Source: Callorhinchus milii (lineage: Eukaryota). Taken from it: DNA of 64,000 nucleotides. The translations under genes and the position numbers were made by a program. This document shows positions 1 through 11,949 of the stretch, one piece after another. The stretch spans positions 3,162,001-3,226,000 of the forward strand of contig NW_024704749.1 in assembly GCF_018977255.1 (NCBI RefSeq), given 5' to 3'. Within the stretch, counting starts at the first letter, position 1. Each line of letters opens with the position of its first letter. The notes under the pieces were generated by a model. That model was not told the origin of the DNA and ran no database searches. It saw nothing but the letters and a program-made list of their open reading frames with translations.

Positions 1-867
1 GCATTGTCATGAACCTCATGTGATCTCACAGTAACACTTTCATGTTAGAAGCATGTTTTCCTATTCCATCTGCAGTGAAAGGGTAAAGATCTTCTCTAAT
101 TGTGGCCAATTCCTTCAGAACCTTGACAAACAAAACTGCTCCTTAATTGATACCAACCAGCATTAAATTTGCAGTTCACTCAGAAAGATCAAAGGGGTTA
201 CTTCTGCCTGACACGGAGATGTTACACCTGGCTGATCAATTCCCCCTGCATTTATTCAGCACCTTATCACATGGCAATGTGTCGGAATCATCAACATAAA
301 TGTAGGGGTGTTGGCAAGGACAAGCTCCAATTACTTTTCAAAGAACGTCATGGGTTCTTCAACATCCACCTGAAAAAGCAAAGACCTTGGTTCTACGTTT
401 ATTTTTCTGAAGAACAAAACCTCTAACAACGCAGGGCTCATTCCCCCCCCCCCCCACAACACTACACTGGAGTATCAGCTTAGACCATGAGCTCCAAGAT
501 CCCAATGTGGGCTTGAACGCTCAACCTTCTGATCCACAGGCCAGATCGCTACAAACTGAGATCAGACTGATGCCTGGATATGTTCAGTGGTTGTGTCTGA
601 ACGCAGAGTAAACAGTACTCTACAACTGATCTACCAGTGTTTCAGGCTGACACTCAGCGCCTGAGATGAGAATGTATTTCAATCCCCTAGGCTGACAAAA
701 AAATCACACAAAATCTACCCTCTACCAAACTATCTTTAAACCTACAAAGTACTTGCAGGAAATCGTTCTTGAAGTCTACGTCCCAAATGTAATTCGTCCC
801 AATTTATAGCTCAGATTGTATTTGCAAGATTCTGCAGCCTCTCTATTTTATTAGCTCACCATCTTTT

Positions 868-1192
868 AATAATAATAATAATAATCCTTACATTTGATAT
901 AGCACTTTTCACGTCGTGAGGACCTCCCAAAGCGCTTCACAGAACACACTGTAAAGTGAATTGACTGTATATTTGTGGGCGAACGCGGCAGCCAATTGCG
1001 CACAGCAATGTCCCACAAACAGTCATATGGATTGAAAATGACCAATTTATTATTGTTTTGCTTTTGGAGCGATTATTATTAGGCTCTGTGGGGAGTAAGG
1101 AAACTTGCCCAAGGTTTCGCCTTCTGCCTGGAATTGACCTCAGGTCTCTCACTTGCAAAGCGAGTGCTCTAACCACTGAGCTACAGGACTCC
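868..1192 (-). mobile_element. Full-length tRNA-derived SINE, short subfamily
   Basis: Minus-strand head GGAGTCCTGTAGCTCAGTGG with A/B boxes, L2-type tail, (TTA)n end; near-identical to 60369-60696. Confidence 0.9.
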
Positions 1193-1458
1193 ACGAATAC
1201 ACTTTGCACTGAATACACTGAAATGCAAATAACTGGCTCGGTTTGAAAGCATTGCATCTTTAATCAAATAATCTATGAGAGGAGAGCAGAATTATAATCA
1301 GTCTTTATTTGGGGACGGGGTGTTATCATTAACGACAGACATGGGGGAAATACCGTGGGGACAAATGGACTTGAATAAACTGGAACACCCTCAACTGGAT
1401 GAGTGAATTCATGAACTTTGTGATCTTGGAGCTCATGGTCAAAGCTGATACTCCAGTG

Positions 1459-1648
1459 CAACAACTGCAACAACAAAGTACATTTGTATAGCGCCTCTCG
1501 CGTTGGGGTGGGGGACGTCCTAAAGCGCTGGACAGTCAAGGGTGTGCATCTGAGCTGGGAGTTGGGATCAGGTTGGGTGGAGGGCGGGGGAGGCTGGCGG
1601 AAGGAGGGTGACCTAAGGCACCGGTAAAGAGGAAGGTCTAGAGACGGG
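1459..1648 (-). mobile_element. L2 3' fragment
   Basis: caacaac..tatagcgcctctcgcg..gacgtcctaaagcgctgg. Confidence 0.7.
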
Positions 1649-2395
1649 CAGTGCAGTACATTCCAGTGTATTCAGTATAAAAGACTATTTGCTGAGGTGC
1701 GAGCATTGGTGTCCTGGCTGTACTGTTAGCAGGAACCGATGAAAGAAGAGGGCAGACCAGGAGCCCCGCTTTCCTCAGCCTCTCTCCCTGTGAAGATCGG
1801 TCCAGACTGTGTTGCAGAAGGACATACAGTTTAATCAATGGGCGTCTTAACTTCCACCGAGGTTGTAAGTTCAAATCCAGCTCTGGCCAAACGGATGGAA
1901 TCTAATTGTTGACTGACTGCTCGACTTCTGGTAGGCAAACACAATGAGCAAAAATAATTTAAACGTAACTTTGGGTTTCGCTCTTTTCGCTTTACTTTGC
2001 TCCAACTGATGTTAACGCCGACCCATTAACCGCCAATCGAAAGTCTCAAACAACTTTAGAGAAAAAAACGCCAGTGATTATCAGAGATCTTCCAGACCTG
2101 TGCATTGAGTTCAGGTGAAATTCAATGCACAGCTCTGCCGCATAAGTTGCTCTGTTATTTCATTCTACGTGTACCATTTCTCTCTGTGCGCTCTGAAAAC
2201 TTTCAAAGATATATTTCTCAGCTGTAGCATGGGAACCAGAGCGATCTCTGGTGTGCAACGCGCCTGCAAAAGCCATCCGAGATATTGGACTACATCAATA
2301 TCAGTTACCTCTGCGTTACAAGCGGAGGATGTTCATTGTGGTTACTGCCGGTGGGCGATAACTTTTCTCAGAATACTGCACTGACCAGAATAAGT

Positions 2396-2415
2396 AGGAA
2401 CCACACGTAACCACT
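2396..2415 (+). promoter_or_regulatory. ETS/RUNX-like composite upstream of the receptor ATG
   Basis: AGGAACCACA (RUNX AACCACA 2399-2405 overlapping GGAA) plus AACCACT; motif match only. Confidence 0.3.
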
Positions 2416-2502
2416 CGTGATAGAAAGGTAAGATCTGCAAGGAGTTGAGCAGGTCACCTCTCACACCCGCGCCTCTACAAGGGAGCGAACAACACACCAA
2501 TT

Positions 2503-2554
2503 ATGCTTCATCTGAGCGCCATCGCTTACTTGTGTCTCCACTTTCAAGTCGCAG
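2503..2554 (+). CDS. IgV inhibitory receptor exon 1 (leader MLHLSAIAYLCLHFQVA)
   Basis: ATG 2503, hydrophobic 17 codons + 1 nt, donor AG|GTAATT; phase 1 matches exon 2. Confidence 0.85.
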
Positions 2555-2649
2555 GTAATTCATTCGCGAGTTAAACACCAGTTAACGTTGATATTCATAC
2601 TCATTAACATTTACACGAATAATCGGTGTGTTTGATTATTTCTGCCCAG

Positions 2650-3000
2650 ATTGTGCTGCCCCTGAGGTCAACCAGAGCCCTGCCTACCTCTCCATCTCTG
2701 AGGGAAAGACGGCCAATCTTAGTTGTGTCTACGCTGTTAACAAGTGCGAAGACATTATGATCAACTGGTTTTATAAGCCCCCAAATCAGGTAAACCTGAC
2801 GTGCATTTTGTTCTCGGGCAACCCCAGAGGGAAAGCTTCCCATCGCCTCAGAAATATAACAGATACAGAACAAAACACAAATTGGTTATCGATAGAGAAC
2901 CTTCAGCGTGAAGACAGCGGCACCTATTACTGTGTGTTGGAGATACTCACTCCACCTTTCAATAACGTCAGAGGAAATGGAAGCAGGTTGGTAGTAACAG
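2650..3000 (+). CDS. IgV inhibitory receptor exon 2 (V-set Ig domain, CD28/PD-1-like)
   Basis: Acceptor tctgcccag; 351 nt, phase 1-1; B-strand NLSC, C-strand WF, DSGTYYC, G-strand GNGSRLVV; four N-glycan sequons; donor AG|GTGGGA. Confidence 0.95.
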
Positions 3001-3681
3001 GTGGGATTTTGTGTTGCTACATTTCAAAATATAAAAGCATTTAAAACTTAAAAAACATTGTAGAAGTGTTTATAGTGAGTGGGGTGGATTTATTCATTAC
3101 AGCGGTGTTCAACGCATGGGCTCATCTAACATAAAATGGACCCAGTGAAGCGATACATCTTATATATTCAAGACATTGTCTATCTGTCGTTTGGAAAGCA
3201 TTTAATGATGTCATTACCGAGTGTTCTGTGATTCTCAGGAAAGTGCCGGACCTGAGAATGTACAGTTACCTTCCAACTTCTTAAATGTTGTCTACTTTTC
3301 GAGCGGTCTCAATAAATGGTACATTTCACGGCCACCAAGACAAGTTGAATTATATATTATATGATATGTCTACGAATTAAATCCGAGTAATTAATGAGGT
3401 TATTGACCCGGTAAAGAAAGTAACAAAGAGTAACATGGCTTTAGCATTTGACATATTAGACCGCGGTCAATTATTTCCTCATCGTATAGAAATTCACATC
3501 AATCGGCGCCCAGTGTTTTGGTGCAACGAACTGCCAAAGTGGGGTTTGAAAACATTTTAGTTTTACCTGTGACTTGATCATTCATTAGAAGTTGTATTGC
3601 ATCAATTAATGAAAGGTGTTAGGTTACATTTATTTGCCGGTAACTTATCTTCAAATATGGATGTTTTTTGTCTTTTTTTAG

Positions 3682-3789
3682 GACCGGAATCTCAGAAGGG
3701 TCAAGACTCTTGGAAGTGGCTCCTAGGATGTATACCAATGGTTTTTTTATTATTTTTATTGGTTATTTTCTGGCGCCGCAAAGCTCAAC
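3682..3789 (+). CDS. IgV receptor exon 3 (stalk + TM WKWLLGCIPMVFLLFLLVIFW + RRK)
   Basis: Acceptor ttttttag, 108 nt phase 1-1, donor C|GTAGGT (second GT at 3794). Confidence 0.85.
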
Positions 3790-5582
3790 GTAGGTGCTAT
3801 TTTTTGAATTGACAAACTCGGGCGTTAGGTTTCCAGTGAAAACACTTCAGCAAATTATTTTCCGAAAACAGCCGTAGGATTAGTTTGAAGTGATATTGAC
3901 GTTGATATGTCTAATATATGACCACATTCACCATAGCTGGAAATGTCACGAATGATGCAAGTTATTTGATATGTAATAACGATGTTTATCACCCGCTCGA
4001 GTTAGAAGTTAATCAAGTCGCCGCGATCGCCTTACAGAATGCAAAGTCACTGCATTTTACAGTAAATACAGTGAAGCGCCTTGAGGCGCAATGCCGAAAT
4101 GAAAGACGCTACATCAGATACAATGATTATTATTAAATGCAGATGAGAAAAATGCTGTTCAATTACCGTGTAGACTCTATCACGGCTTTCACGCGTTTAT
4201 TCACTTACCTAAACGAAATGTTCTATAAACCTTTTGGTGACGCCAAAGACAAAGTCTTGCCTATCAGAAGTCTTGCAGTCAACAAATTCAAGAGTACCCC
4301 TCCATCTCCTTTATGTAACCAGGTGGCAAATGAATTGTCTTCTTCCATAAATTACCAACGACCCCACGACCTTCCATCACATTACTAAACACAACATTTA
4401 TCGTTTTTTCATGGATATATTGGACACGATGGTAACGGTTCTGGCTAGAAATATCCATTTCATACCTTCTCCACTCTCTGATAGAAACCTTTCATCTTGA
4501 GTTGAGTCTCACTTAATAATAATAATAATAACAATAATAGTTGTTGCAATTGATAAAAGCGCCTCATCACGTCGTGGAAGTGTCTAAAGCGCTTCACAAC
4601 ATATAATGTACAGTGTATTTGAGGAGAAATAGAGGCTTTACCGAGGCTTATTTACCTTATAATCTCGCCTTCTTCATTCGCATCCCAAAATCATTAGGTT
4701 GTTTTCGTCTATCTCTATCACCTCCCCCCTCGTCATTCTTACCATCATCATTATCATCTATTATTATTATTATTATGGGAAAGACAGTTTCAGTTAAAAT
4801 AAGTTCGGCTCTTCGAGTCTCTCTTCGTAACTCAGCATTTGCTCAGCAGTATTCGCTAACAGTTGTAGTTATCACAATTGTGATATATTCATTTCATTGA
4901 ATGGAACCCAGGAAAACTTGAACTTTATTGGTTTATCTTCTCTTATCCTGAGTATAACCTTTCAGCCGCGAGAGGTTCATAATCTCAAATCTTCCCAAAA
5001 ATCTCAGAGATACTGCAGTCGTCCCTTAACTATGAGCAGTTGGGATTCCTGAGCGGAATCCCACCCAGTGAACGCAATCATCACATTAACCTTCTGATAT
5101 GATGAAGACCTCTGCAGTGTTTGCGGCAATTTAACGCTGATTTCCAGTATTTCAGCACCTGCAGATATCCCGTTTATTGCCTCGTAGTGAATGTGAAGAG
5201 CAGATTTCAATTGTTAAGGGAATGTTAGGGAATGTCCATCTCCTCCTTCCCGGCTTGTCCTTTAATGGTCAGTTTTCCTTTCTGCCTTTCCCTCTCAGAT
5301 CTTCACTCCCAGCTATTGTGTACTTCCCCCATTCATAGATTCGCCTTTTATCCCCAATCTGATTGCCTTTTTTGTGTATGTTGAATATCGGCTTGAACAC
5401 ATTTATGTTGGTGACACAAGTCAAGTGCGATGATGATATATGTTTCGACCATAAAATATACAGCAAATTCACTTTAGAGTGTATTCTGTGAAACGATTTG
5501 AAGCGTCTCAAAGACTTGATGGCGTGCTATATGATATGCAAGGATTATTATTATTATTATAGTCTTATTATTTGTTTTGCAG

Positions 5583-5638
5583 TCCCAAGGAACACAATAA
5601 TTGCATGTACGCCTTCATCTAATAAGAACCCCCCTCAG
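5583..5638 (+). CDS. IgV receptor exon 4 (LPRNTIIACTPSSNKNPPQ)
   Basis: Acceptor tttgttttgcag, donor CAG|GTATTG, 56 nt phase 1-0 keeps the frame between exons 3 and 5. Confidence 0.7.
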
Positions 5639-6396
5639 GTATTGTATTTGCTTTAATCATCATCGCTTTACGTTAGGTTAATGCATCTTGAGCTCCCATT
5701 TGTATTATGCGGAGGTTAATCCAAATAATAATAATTATTAATAATTAAAATAATGTTTTGGTCACTCAATCCACGACTGTTTGTCGCAAACTGCTGTGTG
5801 CAATTGGCTGGCGCTTTTCGCCTACCAAATACATAATTAATTCACTTTACAGTATATTCAGTATATTCACCATGATGGGAGAAAGCGCTATGTCAAATAT
5901 AAGGATTATTATTAATAATAATAAGTTAAAATGAAGTAAAAACACAGTTTAATGTTACACAAGAGGTTTGGCACTTTCCCTCCCGTTTTCTCTCGCGTTC
6001 TAGTTTTCGAGATGGTATTTCTTTAAATTTGAGATGCAATATTGGGAAATATAGCACAGTGATGCAAGGCTAGTGGATTTATAAAATGCAAAACACTCGG
6101 TTTAGTTGTTTGTCCTTTGCCGATCTGAACTTTGATAATCACAATATGTAAGTTATGTCGAATATTTTACCAACCGTTACTATGCTCATGTTGGATTTTC
6201 AAGTTCTTGGCAATTTTATTCTGCAAACTCTTTAGAAGTATTAATATAAAGCATCCTAAAGGTACATAAAAATATTAAACCGTAAGTAAGATATATATTT
6301 ACCGACAATTCAAAGCATTTTCTACCGAGCTTTGCAACCATGTGGTCCATAATAATATTTTTCATGTTTTATATTATTTATCGTTTGGGTTTCTAG

Positions 6397-6540
6397 CGTA
6401 CTCCGTCGCCAAACAGGACGATATATGCAAGTTTAGCCTTTGTGGAAACGCCGGGAACACATCAGCCCATGTCAAACCCGGAGGATGCAAGCCCTGAGGC
6501 ACAGCCTGGGATGAAGATACGCCTCCCATCTGTAACTATG
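6397..6540 (+). CDS. IgV receptor exon 5 (contains TIYASL)
   Basis: Acceptor gggtttctag, 144 nt phase 0-0, donor ATG|GTAAGG. Confidence 0.8.
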
Positions 6541-6730
6541 GTAAGGCCTCATTTAATCGATGCACTTGTGTCTGCTTTTACTCCAGAGCACTGTAATTCC
6601 AGCGCCTCCCTCTGCAGCATTCCCAGTTGGCATTTTGTTATTTATTATTATTATTATTATTTAGCGTTCCATTCCAACAATCTATCTCTTGAATTTCCCT
6701 GTATAGCTGAGATGCGTGGATTCTCTTAAG

Positions 6731-7288
6731 CATGCTTGATGGGTTTCTGCACCTGTCAGACAACAGGCTGACCAAAAATAATTCCCAGCTCTTCCCTACA
6801 CAAGGTGCAAAAATCTGCAGTCTTGTCCTCTCTCACAACGTCAGGCTCCACCATCCTATCACGCCCATCCTCTCTGGGATGCACTGGCTCTCCATTCCCC
6901 AGCGGGTCCAATTCAATATTCAGGTGTTCACTTCCAAATGATCTGAGCATGGTTTGGCTGTACTCTACCTCTGCAACCTCCTGGTTGCTATTGCCACAGC
7001 CAGCAAACTCCTCAACCAACCTTGGTCTGCTTCTTGTCCCCTGCCCATTTGCTCCATCACTAGTGGGCAAGCTTTCAACTATTCCACCCCCGGTCTCTGA
7101 AACTCTCTCCCTGAGTCCCCCCACCTTGCTCGCTCCTCCTCCCTTCAAAACCAGCCTTAAGACCAATCTCTTGGACCATGCTTCCAGCCACCCACACACC
7201 CCCTCCTCAACTCAGACACTGAGTTGTGTGAAGCAATTTGAGACCTCCTCTCTACCCGAAAGGTGCTCTATAAATGTAAATTGTTGAC
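6731..7288 (+). mobile_element. L2 3' fragment in receptor intron 5
   Basis: Similar to about 14030-14660 (LHWLSIPQRVQF); tail aggtgctctataaatgtaaattgttg. Confidence 0.85.
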
Positions 7289-7580
7289 TACATACAAAGC
7301 AAATATCTGGCTTGGAACACTGTTCAGTTCGTGTCAATTAACGTCGACAAAACTTTGTTAATTAAATCTGGAAGAAACAGAGTAAAATATATCTTATTTA
7401 GATGATAAAAACAAAGAACATAGTGCGAATATAGGTATTAAATTGTTGGTGTCACGTTACAGCGAACGCACTTGGTCGCACATCAACAGATTTTTGTGGT
7501 TTTTCTCACCAATTCTCAGTGTTTCTCGATGTTATTTATATGGATGGTGAGCAGACTGATTGTGAACATTGCGATTCCAG

Positions 7581-7673
7581 GTGGAATATTCAGATCTGAA
7601 GAGCCGCACAGTACAGGCGGAGACACAGTGCCATCTGGAGAGGGAAACTATCTACTCCAAACTGCAGTTTTAG
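7581..7673 (+). CDS. IgV receptor exon 6 (VEYSDL...TIYSKLQF stop)
   Basis: Acceptor gcgattccag, phase 0; ITIM then ITSM-like motif, TAG 7671-7673; spliced CDS totals 804 nt. Confidence 0.85.
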   Translation: MEYSDLKSRTVQAETQCHLERETIYSKLQF

Positions 7674-7940
7674 AGCAAGAGGAGCTTCAGGTATCAACTC
7701 TCCAGTCGGTAACTGCAGTATCAACTCCAGGCTTTACTCCCACCAGAACTGATGCCGTTTCTCAAATCAAATGTTTATTTTAACTAAGAATGATTTCTTG
7801 TCAAACCTCTCATTGGCTCTCTTCAGCATTTCCTATGTGATAAAAATTATCAATGTTCCTGCCCGAGTTTGTTCACATTGAAACACAGCAACCAGACAGT
7901 GATGGGTGCGGGCTATCGTTTTATTCTACGTTAAATGCAC

Positions 7941-7946
7941 ATTAAA
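7941..7946 (+). terminator. Probable polyadenylation signal of the IgV receptor gene
   Basis: ATTAAA followed about 25 nt later by GU-rich tgtgtgggtgtttgtg. Confidence 0.45.
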
Positions 7947-8041
7947 GTTCCAATGATCCTCTGAGCTCTGTGTGGGTGTTTGTGGGGGGGAGAGAGAGAG
8001 AGAGAGACTTGCCGTTTTGTTTCACTTGATTTGGGTTGGAG

Positions 8042-8174
8042 AAAATTAACAAATCATCTTAGAATTAATACATTATTTTAAAACTAATAAGTCGGCTTAA
8101 AATTAATAAATTATCTTAAAATTAATGAATCATTTTAAAATTAATCAATCGTTTTAAAATTAACAAATCATCTG
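8042..8174. repeat. 19-bp AT-rich minisatellite, 7 copies
   Basis: Units AAAATTAACAAATCATCTT-like read in register. Confidence 0.85.
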
Positions 8175-11100
8175 GTTTTACAGAGAAAACATTGGGTGGA
8201 ATACGTTCAGTGGCGGGCGGGCCACCTAATTATTTTAACACACTTAATATTTTAGCTCTGATGACGCTCACTCCCAAAACTGGGGGGGGGGGGGGGGGGG
8301 GGAGGGGGGGATTCAAAAGTTTCCAAGCTTTAGGATGATCCTGGTGTTTAAAGATCATTTTTTCTTAATATCCAAGCAGCAAAATATACTGGTCACAAGT
8401 CGCAGAAGGTCAACCTCGGAAAGAATTCTAATCCACGCTATGAACGGAGACTACCTCACCAGTACAAACACATTTGGGTAAAACATTCTGACTTTCGTTG
8501 TTTTAGACTGAAGAAAACAAGGCAGAGGGGCAATGTGAGTTCAGCAATACAACCTGAGTTGCAATTTATTAGTGGGTGGCATGCATCATCAGGTAGTTCA
8601 ATGAGTTTGGGTGCAACGCCTACACAGGGGTTAACTTGCAAATGTGTTAATTCATTAGAAACGCCAACATAATGGTTCTCATGTCACCCACATATCGATT
8701 CTCTACCGCATTAATGCAGGGATAGCCATCGCTACTAACAATGTGTTTGCAAATGGTCTAATAGCGGGTTATAATTGTCATTAGGGGTTAAGAATAGGTA
8801 AAATGAACACATTGATGTAAATAGCAAATACCAAAATCGTATCTTTATTGGTAATAACAATAACTCTTACATTTGATATTAGCGCCTTTCACATCAGGAA
8901 GATGTCTCAAAACACTTCATACCATTTATTGTAAAGTGCAGTGACTTTGGGTTTTGTAGGCGAACGAGAATCTTTCTTGTGTATTATATGAGATACAGTG
9001 TGTACAATCAGGTGTTTCGTGAAGTAAAACATACTTAGGGTTAGGCTTAAATTAGTTACAGATTGCTATGTTTATTGGGTATAGAATAACGTTTAAAGAT
9101 TCCGTCCAATGATAGATAGAGAGCAGATTAAACCAAATAGCGACTCGCCACGAACTCCTGAAAACAAACCTCACTGAAGCTACGGATAATACATTGTAAT
9201 AAAATAAACCAAAAACATACCCTGAATAGTAACATGTAAGACTGTTTATTGGTTGGATAACATAATCATGTTAGGTAACATAACATAATCATGGTACTAG
9301 AAAATACCCGTTGGACCCATACTTTCAGACTCCCACCCATTCTACCGATTTTACCATTGAATATATTGAAGGGTTGCACTTGTCACGATTTACGTATCTT
9401 AACAGTGAATTAACCCTTTCAATGGAATGTGTGCGCGTAGTATAGAATCAGGTCACAGCACAGTGGTTGATATTTACTTTATTGAAAATATTTCCTTAGA
9501 TAACAAATCCGAGTGATTGTTAACTGCAGATAGAACGAGAGCAATAGAGATAAACAACGTGTCCTAAAGAGGCAGAGTTTAAAAACAAAAAATAAGACCA
9601 GATTTCAAAATAAAGTTATCGTTCTCATCTGCGTACAGATCCAAATGATATATACTAAATATATTGGACCATGAAGGTAGAACTTGCATTTCCATTGCAG
9701 CTTTATCACGTTCAAACGACTCAGACTCCCCCGACAGTAATTTCTGTCAATTATAACGACTGTTTCTCTGGGCAAATTCTGCAGCCATTTCGCAAAGAAA
9801 AGTCCCACAAACAGCCAGGAGGTCAAATGACTTTCTCTGTTAGAATAGTGCTGTGGAAACTTTAATATCCATCTGAAGAAAGGTAGACAGGACCTCCTAC
9901 CACAGTGGTGGTTTAGCTGTGGGTGTTAGTCTAAACCAAAGCTTGAAAAACACACGTTTCTCATCTAAAGGGTGAGAGTGCTGGAGACGGAGAGCAGACG
10001 AGATACCCATCGCATTGGTGGGAAACTTTCTTTGTAACTCATTAAAATTGAAAAGTCTGCAACATTGCTTAAACTGCGCCTCTCACCGCAAGACTCCCAC
10101 TTCTATCTGTCTCTGTGTGTACGACAATTAGGGTATTTTCAACATCAAAAGAAGACAATCAATAGCAAGATGGGTCTTAAAGGTCACTTTACAAAAATAA
10201 AATATTTTAAGCTGCAATCACCAGGTGCAAACAAAACCCGCAAAAGTCTCTTTTGAGACTTGCGATGCAGGAAAAAGAAACTAATTAATAAGAGTAGATA
10301 TAGATATTAGACATGTTGACTCCAACACAGTAGTCTGGCTCGTTGTAAATCATATTCCTGTTATAATGCTTAGAGGAATGATTGAGACATGAAGCAAAGG
10401 CGCTGTGTTGGAATCCTCCAAAGGGCATTCATTTACAGTCTCATGTACCTTAAGAATCATAATTACCGATTCATGCTTTTGAACAAAAATTTCCATACGC
10501 AGAAAGGAGCTCGATCTCTTTTCAAGACAACTTCTTAAGTAATGGAACAAACTACATTTTTCACACACAAACACACACACACACACAGACAAGTACAAAC
10601 CTTGATAAACTAAATGTATTTCTAATTTGCAATTAGGGAGAGTCCAACAGATGTTGTTGATAAATACTTCAAATCAATAATCAAGTCAATATTCTGAAAT
10701 TCGATAATAAATAAACAAGTGATCTTATGCCATATTATCATTAACGTTGTGTTCTGAATTCTGCAGCGACAATTGTCACTGTTAGTGTTAAACCGAAATT
10801 TCCTGTTTTGTCCTTTGTCAATCACATGATACAACGCATTTTGGATGCACCCACCAGGTTTATGGTATGTTAATTGCAATTAATCCACAATTTATTTACA
10901 CTTATTTTCAGCAACACGTTGTATTATTATGATATTCAGTATAACTATTGTTGTATAATTCAAAAGGTAAATCATTATCTGAACATAAACACATGTTAAC
11001 AGATGTTACATTCTAAGAGTTTTTGATTTCACCTCATAAAATTCTCAGTCATTCATTAATTAATTCCTTCTTTTTTTCCTTTATAGACAAGTCTATGCAT

Positions 11101-11439
11101 TTTATTTACATCCATTGATTTATATTTCATCCTTATTTTGTGGATATTCTCAATCCATTCCAAATTCATAGTTTATTTGTTTTCCCCTTTCCCTCAAGCT
11201 GGATTTGTTTATTCTTCAGATGTCTCTAAGAATATTGAAGGGTTGAAGATTCAATCGTTAGATTGGTGTTTTGGGCTCGTGGTCTGGGTTGGGACTCCAG
11301 TACATTGATAGGTTGGGTAATGGTGCCATGTTGTTGGTGATGCCATCCTTTGGATGTTGCATTGGACTGGAGTCTATGAGTTCCTCACCTCCCGACTCAA
11401 CTTTTCAAATCCCTCTTCGCTAGTCTGCCCGCTCCACCA

Positions 11440-11930
11440 TCCACAAGATCCAGCTGATCCAAAACTCCGTCACCCATATTCTCACCTGTACTAAACTCTG
11501 TTCCCCCATCACACCAGTTCTAGTCAGGCTCCACTGGCTCCCATCGCCAAACGGATCGATTTCAAGATCCTCACACTTGTTTTCAAATCCCATCTTGCTC
11601 TGGCACCCTCTCCAACCTGCTTACTCCTCAACTCACTACCCGCTGCCTCCGCTCGACTGGCTCTCACCTCCTGTATGTCCCTTGTGCCCTCCGTTCCCCC
11701 TTCGGTGACTGCGCTTTCAGCCACTATGCCCTGAAACTCTGGAACACTCTTCATCTATCCCTCTGCCTCGCCCCTTCCTTCCCTAGCTTCAGATCACGCC
11801 TGAAGACCTTCCTCTTCAATCATGCCTATGGTCACCTCCCACTCCTCCCGGCTTCCCGTTATGCTCCATCACTGTCAAGCACTCTGGGATTCTACCCTGC
11901 ATGAGGGGTGCTGTATAAATGCAAGTTTTT
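11440..11930 (+). mobile_element. Older L2 3' fragment upstream of the intact copy
   Basis: Degenerate RT C-terminus and its own tail gcactctgggattc...gtgctgtataaatgcaag. Confidence 0.8.
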
Positions 11931-11949
11931 TGAATAATCCTTATTGTTT

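Noticed and set aside
3001-3044. Read-through of the V exon to a stop (GGILCCYISKYKSI*)
   Set aside because: Good donor at 3001 and no canonical polyA signal; treated as intron
3303-3411. 12-bp imperfect inverted repeat (cggtctcaataa / ttattgacccg)
   Set aside because: Too short, no target-site duplication visible; cannot support a MITE
11822-11949. First 43 or so codons of the 945-aa ORF
   Set aside because: Derived from the tail of the upstream older L2; not a real ORF2 start
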